DNA of 64,000 nt from an uncultured bacterium (GTDB lineage Bacteria; Patescibacteriota; Minisyncoccia; Phycocordibacterales; GWA1-40-21). The notes beneath the pieces were generated by a model, which worked only from the letters and a program-made list of their open reading frames with translations, was not told the origin of the DNA and searched no databases. Position numbers and translations under genes: made by a program. This document shows positions 39,210 to 48,279 of the stretch, piece by piece. Each line of letters begins with the position of its first letter. Positions within the stretch are counted from its first letter, which is position 1. The stretch spans positions 96,552 through 160,551 of the forward strand of contig CAIKXY010000004.1 of assembly GCA_903831595.1 (NCBI GenBank), written 5' to 3'.

Positions 39210-40640
39210 TTAACTAATAAATGTGAGCGCCTTTCCTTTTTTATTTGCCCTTCCTGTTCTTCCAATTCTATGAACATAATCGTCATACGTGGCCGGAACA
39301 TCATAGTTAATAACATGGGTTACATCTGGAATATCAAGACCTCTGGCAGCAACATCCGTCGCAACAAGAATTTTTATGTGGTCATCTTTAAATTTACCCA
39401 AAGCTCTTTGTCTTGCTGACTGATTTTTATCTCCATGGATTGAATCTGCTTTAAAACCTCTTTGTTCCAAAGTTTTAGAAAGTCTTTCTACGCCATGTTT
39501 TGTTCTTCCAAAAATAAGTACTTTAGAAAGTTCTGGATTATTCAAAAGTTCATGCAAAACATCAATTTTTTCTCTACCATTTACTCTCACTACATCTTGA
39601 TCAACACTTTTACTAGTGTCGCCTGTTTTAACAGATATTGTCACTGGATTTTTCAAAAACGCTTTAATTAATTGTTCAACTTCATGAGACACTGTGGCTG
39701 AAAAAAATAATGTATGTCTTTTTGCGGACATTTGAGACATTATGAGTTTCATGTCAGCGATAAATCCCATATCAAGCATTCTATCAGCTTCATCGAGAAC
39801 TATTGTGGAAAATGGTTTTAAATTTAAAACTCTTCTATTTACCAAATCTTTCAGTCTTCCTGGTGTTCCAATAATAAAGTTATTCCAATATCTAAGCATT
39901 GAAATTTGTCTTCCTATCGGTGCACCTCCTACGCAACAAACAGAATATATTTTCATACCTTCTGTAAAACTTTTTAATTCATCTTCAATTTGCTGAGCAA
40001 GTTCTCTTGTTGGGACCACAATAAGAATTTCCTCCTTTGGATTCAAAAGTACTTTGTGAATAAGTGGAATAAGAAATGCCGCTGTTTTTCCTGTCCCTGT
40101 ATTTGCAATACCAACCACGTCTTCACCACGTAATACATGCGGAATTATTTTATCCTGAATAGGAGTAGGTTCGTTATAACCCTTTGCAAAAATATTTGCT
40201 TTTATTCTGTCATCTATACTAAAATCTTTAAAAAGATGCTCTGGAACAAATTTTTGAATAACTTCTGTAATAACAGCTTTATTAATAAATTTTGAAAAGT
40301 GAATATCTGAGCCGGTGTTTCTTCTTCTTGAATTTGAAAACCCGCCTCTTCCTCTACCACCAAAACGACTTCTGCCAGAAAATGATGGTTTTCCACCAAA
40401 GCTAGGTTTACTGTTTCCACGGGCAAATTTATTGCCACCAAAAGATGGTTTGCTTACAAAAGAGGGTTTTGCATTTTGACTTGCATGACTAAAATCAGCA
40501 CGAGGTTTACTTGCTGTATGGCTATTATCAGAACTGGTTTTTGGCCCAACTCTAAAATCACTTTTATGCGCTGCAAACCTTTTTGACTTTTTGCTATCAA
40601 ATCTATCAAAAGGAGCAACCTTTCTTATTACTTTTCTCAT
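39210..40640 (-). CDS. DEAD-box ATP-dependent RNA helicase with an N-terminal Arg/Gly-rich KPSFGG-repeat extension
   Basis: Motifs AxxGxGKT, PTRELA, DEAD, SAT, HRIGRTGR. The track ORF extends to 40691; the likely start is MRKVIRK at 40640. Confidence 0.9.
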   Translation of the reverse strand: MRKVIRKVAPFDRFDSKKSKRFAAHKSDFRVGPKTSSDNSHTASKPRADFSHASQNAKPSFVSKPSFGGNKFARGNSKPSFGGKPSFSGRSRFGGRGRGGFSNSRRRNTGSDIHFSKFINKAVITEVIQKFVPEHLFKDFSIDDRIKANIFAKGYNEPTPIQDKIIPHVLRGEDVVGIANTGTGKTAAFLIPLIHKVLLNPKEEILIVVPTRELAQQIEDELKSFTEGMKIYSVCCVGGAPIGRQISMLRYWNNFIIGTPGRLKDLVNRRVLNLKPFSTIVLDEADRMLDMGFIADMKLIMSQMSAKRHTLFFSATVSHEVEQLIKAFLKNPVTISVKTGDTSKSVDQDVVRVNGREKIDVLHELLNNPELSKVLIFGRTKHGVERLSKTLEQRGFKADSIHGDKNQSARQRALGKFKDDHIKILVATDVAARGLDIPDVTHVINYDVPATYDDYVHRIGRTGRANKKGKALTFIS

Positions 40641-40835
40641 ATTATTATTTTGAGCGATAAAATACCGCTTATTAGGCCTACAAATAGGCATTATTAAATG
40701 TAAAAATGTCGCACGGATTCTGCGACAATTAGTTCTTACGCTTAATCAGTGAGATGAATCTCAGGTGAGATTTATTTACTTTTTTATAATAGCAAAAAAG
40801 TAAATACATGTCAAGTGTGCGTCACAAATAAACAA

Positions 40836-40872
40836 AAACCACCAAAAGATTACTGGGTGGTTTTTTGTTTCT
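40836..40872. terminator. bidirectional terminator (AACCACC-N12-GGTGGTT with flanking A/T tracts)
   Basis: Located 3' of the DUF378 gene. Confidence 0.55.
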
Positions 40873-40885
40873 ATTAATTCTTAAT

Positions 40886-41092
40886 TTAAGATTTTATTTT
40901 CTTTAAAATAAAAATTACATAAATAGCTGATAGTCCTACTAAAGCATAAACAATAGTTGCGATAAGTGAACCGACTCCAAAAATAGTATCTACTAAATTC
41001 CAATTTAATGCTACGAGTCCCCAGTTCAAACCACCAACAATAATCAATATAAGAGCTATCCAGTCTAACACGTTCAATTTTGACATGTTCAT
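40886..41092 (-). CDS. DUF378-family small membrane protein
   Basis: ILIIVGGLNWGLVAL motif; 2 TM; 68 aa. Confidence 0.65.
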   Translation of the reverse strand: MNMSKLNVLDWIALILIIVGGLNWGLVALNWNLVDTIFGVGSLIATIVYALVGLSAIYVIFILKKIKS

Positions 41093-41161
41093 AATAATGA
41101 AATTATTAAACGACCTTTATTAAGAGTAAATTATACAATGATATTTCTCGTATTACAATCG

Positions 41162-41422
41162 CTACTTTTTCCTATAGACTAATATTAAAATTAAAACCGC
41201 CCAAGAGCCAAAAACGCCTAAAACAAAGCTTATAATTAAAGTGATATCTTTTGTTAATATTCCGTATATCAGATATGTAAGTGTCCCCAAAGAAAAAATT
41301 GCATATGTTGGAAGAGAAATATTTTCAGAAGACTTATTCTTCCACATTTTATATATCTGTGGATAATAGCCAAATGACATTGCAAGACCAACTATTGCTA
41401 AGAATATTCTAAATATTTCCAT
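41162..41422 (-). CDS. SemiSWEET/PQ-loop family small transporter (86 aa, 3 TM)
   Basis: PQ motif YYPQIYKMWKNKSS after TM1; size and topology typical of bacterial SemiSWEETs. Confidence 0.55.
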   Translation of the reverse strand: MEIFRIFLAIVGLAMSFGYYPQIYKMWKNKSSENISLPTYAIFSLGTLTYLIYGILTKDITLIISFVLGVFGSWAVLILILVYRKK

Positions 41423-41448
41423 ACACTCTTATTATATCATCCAATAAT

Positions 41449-42912
41449 TTATTTCTCCAAGTTAAACACTTCAGTAATTTTTATTTGTTTGACAAATTCT
41501 GGCACGTGGCTAACAAGTATCATTGCACCTTCATAATCACTAAGAGCTTTTGCTATCACTGGTAAATGGCGAAAATTCATATGGTTTGTTGGTTCGTCTA
41601 GTATTAGAAGCCCGGGCTTTTGTAAAACAAGTCTAGCAAGTGCAACAAGACCTTTTTGACCCTCAGAAAGACTTCCTATTTTTGTGTAAATCATATCACC
41701 TGTTATCAAAAACCCAGCTGCAACATTTCGCATTTCTTGTTCAATATGTTTATCCATCACTGACATCAAAGAATCAAAAACGGTGTCTTCAAAATTTAAT
41801 GTAGAAAAATCTTGTCTGTAATATCCCACTTTTATACCTGGTGCAATTTTGCTACCAACAGCATCTCCAGAAGCTATCGCTTCAAGCAAAGTGCTTTTTC
41901 CGATACCATTTGGACCAACCATAAGTAGGTGCTGTTTTTTCTTTATAGAAATATTGGTTTTTCTTGCAACTTTTTTATGATTTTTAAAAATAAAAAATTC
42001 TGAAATATGAATAATTTCTCCGACCAAATGCTCTTGGACAGGAATATGAAATTGATGAATTGTTTTATCTTCTCTTCTCACATCAACTTTTTCTTCTTCT
42101 AATTCTTCAGCTTTTTCACGCATTCTTTTTGCAACAAGTCTCATACGGCCTCCTTTCATTGCAAAAAAGTTTGCTTTTTCTTTATTTTCTTGGATTTCCT
42201 TTGCAAGCTGAGCATTTTTCATATTTTCTTTTTCAATTCTTGCTGTTATTTGATCTCTCACATCAAAATAATCTCCTACATATTGCTCAACTTTTTTTGT
42301 ATAAATATCTAAATACAAAACCCCATGAGTAAACGCATTTAAAAATTCAGCGTCATGAGAAATAACTATACAAGATTTTTTGTATGCAACCAAAAACTTT
42401 GTAAGATGGGCAATCCCCTCTTTATCCAAATTGTTTGTCGGCTCATCCAAAAGTAATAAATCTGGATCTTGAATAAGTGCTGACGCAAGAAGAAGTCTTG
42501 CTTGTTGTCCACCGGAAAAAGTTTTAACCGCCCTATCAAATGGTGCTTTCAAATTTACAACTTCAAGTATTTCTTCTATTTTTGGTTCAATATCGTAAAC
42601 CTTATGTTTAAAACATTTTTCAAAAAATTCCTTAACTGTAAGATGTAAATCTGCTCGTGGAATAACCTGTTTTGCGGTCGCAATTGTGAGCTTGTTTTGT
42701 ATGTGTATTTTGCCAAATTCTGGCTTATAGTGACTTGTTATAAGGTTGAAAATAGTACTCTTTCCAGAGCCATTTTGGCCCATTAAGGTCACTTTTGCAC
42801 CCCTCCTTAGAGTAAAATCAACCTCGTGCAAAATAGGCTTATTGTGTCCAAATTCAAAAGAAACATCTTCAAATTTGAGTATTACTTCCCCGTGTAATTC
42901 TTGTGTTGACAT
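41449..42912 (-). CDS. ABC-F family ATPase (tandem ABC domains, no TM; EttA/Uup-like translation factor)
   Basis: Two Walker A motifs (GQNGSGKST, GPNGIGKST), two LSGGQ/LSEGQ signatures, charged interdomain linker. Confidence 0.85.
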   Translation of the reverse strand: MSTQELHGEVILKFEDVSFEFGHNKPILHEVDFTLRRGAKVTLMGQNGSGKSTIFNLITSHYKPEFGKIHIQNKLTIATAKQVIPRADLHLTVKEFFEKCFKHKVYDIEPKIEEILEVVNLKAPFDRAVKTFSGGQQARLLLASALIQDPDLLLLDEPTNNLDKEGIAHLTKFLVAYKKSCIVISHDAEFLNAFTHGVLYLDIYTKKVEQYVGDYFDVRDQITARIEKENMKNAQLAKEIQENKEKANFFAMKGGRMRLVAKRMREKAEELEEEKVDVRREDKTIHQFHIPVQEHLVGEIIHISEFFIFKNHKKVARKTNISIKKKQHLLMVGPNGIGKSTLLEAIASGDAVGSKIAPGIKVGYYRQDFSTLNFEDTVFDSLMSVMDKHIEQEMRNVAAGFLITGDMIYTKIGSLSEGQKGLVALARLVLQKPGLLILDEPTNHMNFRHLPVIAKALSDYEGAMILVSHVPEFVKQIKITEVFNLEK

Positions 42913-42993
42913 AGTTGTCTAGATTACATCATTTATCAATAAAATGAAAGAAAATATCTATAAAAATTAATACTTATATGTTAAAATTTAATT

Positions 42994-43629
42994 ATGCCAC
43001 AAAAAGAAGTAATTATTGTTGTTCCTGGAGCAAAATATATACAATCAAAAATATTATTTGTTCAGAAGTTTGTTTTATTTTTCTATAGATTAGTCAATAT
43101 AAAAAATCCTGTTTATAAAAATTATATCAAGGATTGGGAACCATATTTAAAAAAAGATAACAGAAAAATTGTACTGCTTGATTGGGATCAAGGGCTTGCA
43201 CCTTGGTCACTTTGGCTTGCAAAACTAATGCTTAAAGTTCAAATATTTAAACATTTAAACGAGGGTCATACCGTAAATTTGATGGGTTTTAGTTTGGGGG
43301 GAGAAATCGTTATAAATACAATAAATGAATATAAAGACGGTGAAATAAACAAAGTTGTTTTAGTATGCTCCGTAAACACAGACAATACAATGGATAAAAA
43401 TATTACAAAATTTCTAAATATTTATTCACCACATGACTTGCTAGCAACAATAGCCATAAAAGTCTTTGCTCCCGTTCACGGTGGTAGTGTAATGCAGGGA
43501 GATTCAGTAAAAAATATTTCTATTGATAATTTTGGTCATGATAATTTTTGTATTAATGATATGATTGAAAACGGTACATATAAAGGTAAAAGAATTACTG
43601 ACTTTATTAATGAATTTTTTGATAAATAA
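42994..43629 (+). CDS. alpha/beta-hydrolase-fold protein (putative esterase/lipase)
   Basis: GFSLGG nucleophile elbow; downstream D (SPHD) and H (GHDNF) candidates. Confidence 0.5.
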   Translation: MPQKEVIIVVPGAKYIQSKILFVQKFVLFFYRLVNIKNPVYKNYIKDWEPYLKKDNRKIVLLDWDQGLAPWSLWLAKLMLKVQIFKHLNEGHTVNLMGFSLGGEIVINTINEYKDGEINKVVLVCSVNTDNTMDKNITKFLNIYSPHDLLATIAIKVFAPVHGGSVMQGDSVKNISIDNFGHDNFCINDMIENGTYKGKRITDFINEFFDK

Positions 43630-43635
43630 TTTTTT

Positions 43636-44046
43636 ATGGCCAAGGAATATTCGAAAAAAATTATTTGGAAAATTATGTATCATATTTGGCCACCAGTAGT
43701 TCGGTTATTAGAATTACTTAAAATACACAACTCCCGCCAAGATTTTCTTTTAGGATACTTATCTTCAAAATATAATAAAGATAATTTTATAAAATTTCTT
43801 TTTGAGAAAGGCTTTGAATTTAATGTGCTAGCTTATAGAGACCCAGGAGAAATTTTGGCAATGAGAAAACTTGATTCATTAATTTATCAATATCACATAA
43901 GACTTTTTAGTGATGGAGAAATAAGAGGTCATTATGAATATGCACCTGAAGCGAAGCCAATAGCTCATTCTTTTGCAAGATTGATGGAACCAAAAAAGGA
44001 GTACTTTGAAAAAGAATTCTGTGAATATCTAGGTTTAATTAAATAA
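43636..44046 (+). CDS. hypothetical protein (136 aa)
   Basis: ORF track; 7-nt spacing from the hydrolase gene. Confidence 0.4.
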   Translation: MAKEYSKKIIWKIMYHIWPPVVRLLELLKIHNSRQDFLLGYLSSKYNKDNFIKFLFEKGFEFNVLAYRDPGEILAMRKLDSLIYQYHIRLFSDGEIRGHYEYAPEAKPIAHSFARLMEPKKEYFEKEFCEYLGLIK

Positions 44047-44048
44047 TA

Positions 44049-44078
44049 AAAAGAGCCGGGGTAGTTCCGGCTCTTAGT
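44049..44078. terminator. bidirectional terminator (AGAGCCGG-GGTAGTT-CCGGCTCT)
   Basis: Perfect 8-bp stem between convergent genes. Confidence 0.65.
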
Positions 44079-44079
44079 A

Positions 44080-44559
44080 CTAATTTTGACTAAATTGGTT
44101 AAACATAATAACTTCAACCCTTTCATTATGTATCTCCTTCATTAAACACGCACGGCAGTTTTGTTTTATTACCTCCCATCCATCAATTACTCTTATAGTA
44201 TTGCATTGATGTTTGGACAAGCAATATATTCCGAATTCCTCGTTTATTGATTCAACAAAAAGAATATCAGTGATCGCCGCCTTTGTGTAAAGTTCTACTG
44301 CCTTTTTTGCCATTTCTTTCAATTTCTTTACGAACCTTTGCGGGTCATCTGCATTTGCAATCAGAATTGCTTTTTGGTGCAGATTCGAGAGACTCATCTT
44401 AAGTTCACATGAATAATTATAAAGCTTTTTTGTACCCTCCGCTCTGATTCTACCAATAGAAACATCGGACTGCTTTTGGGGCTCGTGAAAAACTTTTCTT
44501 TCTTGTGTTGAAGTTGCAGCCACTTCTTTTAAAATAGCTTCTAATACTTCTATTTTCAT
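44080..44559 (-). CDS. hypothetical protein with C-terminal Cys cluster (159 aa)
   Basis: ORF track; CLSKHQC..CRAC. Confidence 0.4.
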   Translation of the reverse strand: MKIEVLEAILKEVAATSTQERKVFHEPQKQSDVSIGRIRAEGTKKLYNYSCELKMSLSNLHQKAILIANADDPQRFVKKLKEMAKKAVELYTKAAITDILFVESINEEFGIYCLSKHQCNTIRVIDGWEVIKQNCRACLMKEIHNERVEVIMFNQFSQN

Positions 44560-44629
44560 AAACCCTCCCTGGATTTAGATTGTACTTTCACAAAAAGAAT
44601 AACACAAGAAAATATTTTGTCAAATATGT

Positions 44630-45352
44630 TTAAACTAATTTACCAAGATAGTTCTTTAAAGTGTAAATCCAATCTTCATCACTCGCTTCATTTTTCATTT
44701 TTTCATTTAAAAGCCACTCTAAATATTTTTTGTCTATCCTTATAACATCAGCGATTTTTTCATCTTTATGTTTCCCAAAAGAAAATTTATTAAATAATGT
44801 TGGATTTTTTGATATTTCAATCATTTTTTCAATTGCCTCCTTTTCATCTTTTTTTTCTTCTTTTACTTTATCTAGAAGTCTTAAAAAAAGCGCACGGAGA
44901 ACTTTAACATCACCTTCAGCATCATGAGCATGAGTATGCACTGGCATATCAAGGTCTAAAAAATATCTGAGAAATTGTAAATTATATTCTGGAATTTTGT
45001 TTTCTTTGTCCAAATATCTTGCAACTCTCAATGTACAAATAAATTTTGGTACTTCTATCCCCTCTGCTTCAAGCATCGTGATATCAAACTTCGCATTATG
45101 AGCAACAAGAATTCCATCTTTCAAAAGTTTTTTTATTTCTTTTTGCATTTCACTACCTTCAAAACTTGGTTTATCGGCAAGCATTTTATTTGTAATGTGA
45201 GTAATGCTCGTCGACTTCACCGAAACTGGAAGTGGTGGTTTAAAATATTCTGTTTTTATGTCAGCACCATACTGATAGCAAACTTGGCAAAGTCTATCTT
45301 TACCAATTTCATTTCCTGTCGTTTCTGTGTCTAAGAAAATTAATTTATCCAT
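44630..45352 (-). CDS. DnaQ-like (DEDDh) 3'-5' exonuclease with a C-terminal extension
   Basis: Exo I FLDTETTG, Exo II LVAHNAKFD, Exo III HDAEGD. Confidence 0.8.
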   Translation of the reverse strand: MDKLIFLDTETTGNEIGKDRLCQVCYQYGADIKTEYFKPPLPVSVKSTSITHITNKMLADKPSFEGSEMQKEIKKLLKDGILVAHNAKFDITMLEAEGIEVPKFICTLRVARYLDKENKIPEYNLQFLRYFLDLDMPVHTHAHDAEGDVKVLRALFLRLLDKVKEEKKDEKEAIEKMIEISKNPTLFNKFSFGKHKDEKIADVIRIDKKYLEWLLNEKMKNEASDEDWIYTLKNYLGKLV

Positions 45353-45387
45353 CCGGTTATATATTATAATTTTGGATTTCTTGCTAA

Positions 45388-45732
45388 TTATTTTGTATTT
45401 GGTCCATACTTATTATCAGCGGGCGTACTGTTAATTACAAATAAAATTATTAACCAAATCTGGCCAACTATAGGAATAAGACAAATAAATAACCACCATC
45501 CGCTTTTACCAATATCATGCAACCTTCTTATAGAGACTGCTATCCCTGGAATAATCACAGCTAAAGAATATATTACCGAAAGGATACTGTAGGTATCTCC
45601 TATTATTTTACTGACAATGTTGACTAATACACTTGCAAGAATGTTAAAAAGAAAAAAATACCAATATTCTGCTCTAGGAGCACGGCCATTAAAAATGGCA
45701 TATTTTTTTAAAACTGTTAAATAGTGATTCAT
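45388..45732 (-). CDS. DUF805-family membrane protein
   Basis: RRLHDIGKSGWW motif. Confidence 0.7.
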   Translation of the reverse strand: MNHYLTVLKKYAIFNGRAPRAEYWYFFLFNILASVLVNIVSKIIGDTYSILSVIYSLAVIIPGIAVSIRRLHDIGKSGWWLFICLIPIVGQIWLIILFVINSTPADNKYGPNTK

Positions 45733-45826
45733 ATTTATACTATTATTAATTAATAAATTTAGACCTTAATTATAACATCTAATATACTTAACACAATCAA
45801 ACTTATTAATGATTTCGAAATAATAT

Positions 45827-46765
45827 TTATTTTAAAAATTCTTTCAGCTTATAATTCCTTAATGCGTCGTCATAACCTAATTTGAACGTTTTTTTGAGGT
45901 CATCCTGGTTGTGGTCAATTGCACTTATGGTTGTCGCTGTGCTTGGCTCAATATAAAACATCCCAATATTCTCTGGTATAACATAGTCTTTTGTTGTCTC
46001 ATTATTTTTTATTGCATTACGTATTGGATCACTTGCAATAAACGACAGTATTTTCCAATATAAAGAAGTGTCAGTTGGTTGATTTGGCAATGCTCTATCA
46101 TTATTGATGACCAAAATTTTTGTTGCTCCTTCTTTTATTGCCTTTTGTATGTTTATATCAACAGAAGATGCAACATCTCCATCAACATACTCACCTCCAT
46201 TTATATTAATTTTTTTGTTATACACTAGAGGTAATGCTACCGTTGCACGAGCAGCTTCAAATATATCAACCTTACCATCATTAGAAAGATACTCGACTTG
46301 CCCCGTCTCATAATTTGTCGCGCTCAAAAATAATTTTGTATTTGATTTTAAAATTTTATTGATATCAAGTGGTGTTTGTTGTTTAAAAACAACATCTACC
46401 AAATAATCCATATCAAATATTGGATATAATCTAGTTAAAGAAATAAATTTATCGGTAGATAATAACTCTGTCCAGATCCTTGTACCAAATTCGTACTGCT
46501 TAGAAATATAATAAAGTAAAGATGCTCCACCTCCAGAACTTCCGACTGCAATATCTGGCTCTGGGAATCCTAATTTTTCTCCCAGAGCCATTAGCACTCC
46601 GGCTGAATATGCACATTTCATCCCACCACCACTCACGACAATTGCAATCTTCTGTTTTTCTTTTGGGACTCTTGTTCTAACTTTTGTAGACGTTGTAATA
46701 ATCGATAACAGAACAAGAAGTAATATACAAAATATTAACAAAGAGAATAAATAAATTTTTTCCAT
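45827..46765 (-). CDS. patatin-like phospholipase
   Basis: Oxyanion GGGMKC; nucleophile GSSGG (GxSxG); catalytic DG(A) near YVDGDVAS; N-terminal TM. Confidence 0.8.
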   Translation of the reverse strand: MEKIYLFSLLIFCILLLVLLSIITTSTKVRTRVPKEKQKIAIVVSGGGMKCAYSAGVLMALGEKLGFPEPDIAVGSSGGGASLLYYISKQYEFGTRIWTELLSTDKFISLTRLYPIFDMDYLVDVVFKQQTPLDINKILKSNTKLFLSATNYETGQVEYLSNDGKVDIFEAARATVALPLVYNKKININGGEYVDGDVASSVDINIQKAIKEGATKILVINNDRALPNQPTDTSLYWKILSFIASDPIRNAIKNNETTKDYVIPENIGMFYIEPSTATTISAIDHNQDDLKKTFKLGYDDALRNYKLKEFLK

Positions 46766-46776
46766 GTAATAATAAA

Positions 46777-47364
46777 TTAAATAATAATATTTGCTAATAA
46801 TTCAGGAAATTTGTCTGTTTGCATTGATTTAAACGTAAAATGACGTTTCCCAGTAAATTCTTGAAATTCAACATTCTTTAATTTTGATTTAAGAATTTTT
46901 ATACTTTCAAGAACTTCTGCGTGGTCATCAGTTGAATACATTATTTTTACACCAGCGGTTTTTGATGCTAGATTTTCATCAATATCAAATGTGAAAAATT
47001 CTGGTTCGAACATTTCTCTTGGAATTTTTGTAGGGTACATGGGATTAATCCATGGCGCGACAAGAATGACCTGTCCAACTTTAATATTATTTTCACTAAG
47101 CCAGCGAACTAAAAAACCTCCTCCGCAAGAGTGACCTATTAAAATAGTTTCCTCATCAATGTTAAATTGTTCGAATGTGCTTTTCCAGTCTTCATAATGC
47201 GGCATATACGCTTTTGGCATTTCTGGTGTCTGAGCAAGAATATCTTTCAACAAAAGCTGTCTTTGAATCCATGGGAGCCAGTGCATATTTGAAGGGCTTG
47301 ATACATTAATATCATAATATTCTTCTTTTTGAGGCCATCCATGTATAATAATTGCTGTTTTCAT
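46777..47364 (-). CDS. YdeN/RBBP9-like serine hydrolase (alpha/beta fold)
   Basis: AIIIHGW and nucleophile GHSCGGG. Confidence 0.7.
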   Translation of the reverse strand: MKTAIIIHGWPQKEEYYDINVSSPSNMHWLPWIQRQLLLKDILAQTPEMPKAYMPHYEDWKSTFEQFNIDEETILIGHSCGGGFLVRWLSENNIKVGQVILVAPWINPMYPTKIPREMFEPEFFTFDIDENLASKTAGVKIMYSTDDHAEVLESIKILKSKLKNVEFQEFTGKRHFTFKSMQTDKFPELLANIII

Positions 47365-47368
47365 AATA

Positions 47369-47767
47369 TTATTTATTTAACCAAGTTACTGTAAGTTGCA
47401 AAATTGTTGCAAAAGTTCCCCAAAGTAGATATGGAATATTAATAAAAGAAACCCATTTTACATAAGGAAAAATTGAAACGATGGCCCAAACAAGAGTTCC
47501 AACAACTAGCAATATGTCTATTGCTGCTAAATAATTATTTTTTAAACCAAATTGAATTGGAGTAAACGCAAAGTTAAAAATAAGATTTAGGATAAATGGT
47601 AAAAGAACAATAAAAGGAATTTTCTTTGTAAAAAAAAGATAGCCAACATATCCGTAAGAAATTGCTATCAAAATATAAAGCACTGTCCACACTGGACCAA
47701 AAAGCCATGATGGTGGCGCAAAAAATGGTTTCTTTAATTGTGAGTACCACGAGTATGCTTGTGACAT
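47369..47767 (-). CDS. TspO/MBR (tryptophan-rich sensory protein) family membrane protein
   Basis: WYSQLKKPFFAPPSWLFGPVWTVLY matches the TspO N-terminal signature. Confidence 0.65.
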   Translation of the reverse strand: MSQAYSWYSQLKKPFFAPPSWLFGPVWTVLYILIAISYGYVGYLFFTKKIPFIVLLPFILNLIFNFAFTPIQFGLKNNYLAAIDILLVVGTLVWAIVSIFPYVKWVSFINIPYLLWGTFATILQLTVTWLNK

Positions 47768-47798
47768 GTTTTAATGATTATTTTATTACAGTATTATA

Positions 47799-48257
47799 TC
47801 ACTTTTTCCTTTTAAAAATAACATGGTCATAAATCGACATAACAATAAGAATTAATACTGTCATGATAAGAAACAGTTTGCTAAAACCTGAAGCAACGAG
47901 TGTCCTATCGAAACAAATCATTCCACTACAAATATCTGGGGTTGTAATTGTAATAATAAGAGAAATTATGAACACGGGAATCATTATTTTCGCCCAGAGT
48001 TTAAAAGTATTTTTTGAGAAGAAAAATAATAAAAAAGTAGAAATGATTAAGTAAGGTAAACTCCAATATAATGGTATTGATACACCATCCAACCAAAATG
48101 ATTCACACAAACCACTACCATGGCAAAGTCCAAGATTTTCTGGAAATCTTAAAACTTTTGATAATAAAAATGAGATAAAAAAGAAAATAGAAATAGATAA
48201 AATAACAACTCTATATTTATTCTCCCCCAAAAATATTTTTTTAATTATTTTAACCAT
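47799..48257 (-). CDS. hypothetical membrane protein with paired cysteines (possible thiol-disulfide oxidoreductase-like)
   Basis: 4 TM; CHGSGLC and CSGMIC in predicted loops. Confidence 0.35.
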   Translation of the reverse strand: MVKIIKKIFLGENKYRVVILSISIFFFISFLLSKVLRFPENLGLCHGSGLCESFWLDGVSIPLYWSLPYLIISTFLLFFFSKNTFKLWAKIMIPVFIISLIITITTPDICSGMICFDRTLVASGFSKLFLIMTVLILIVMSIYDHVIFKRKK

Positions 48258-48279
48258 TATATTTGTAATAATATTACCT

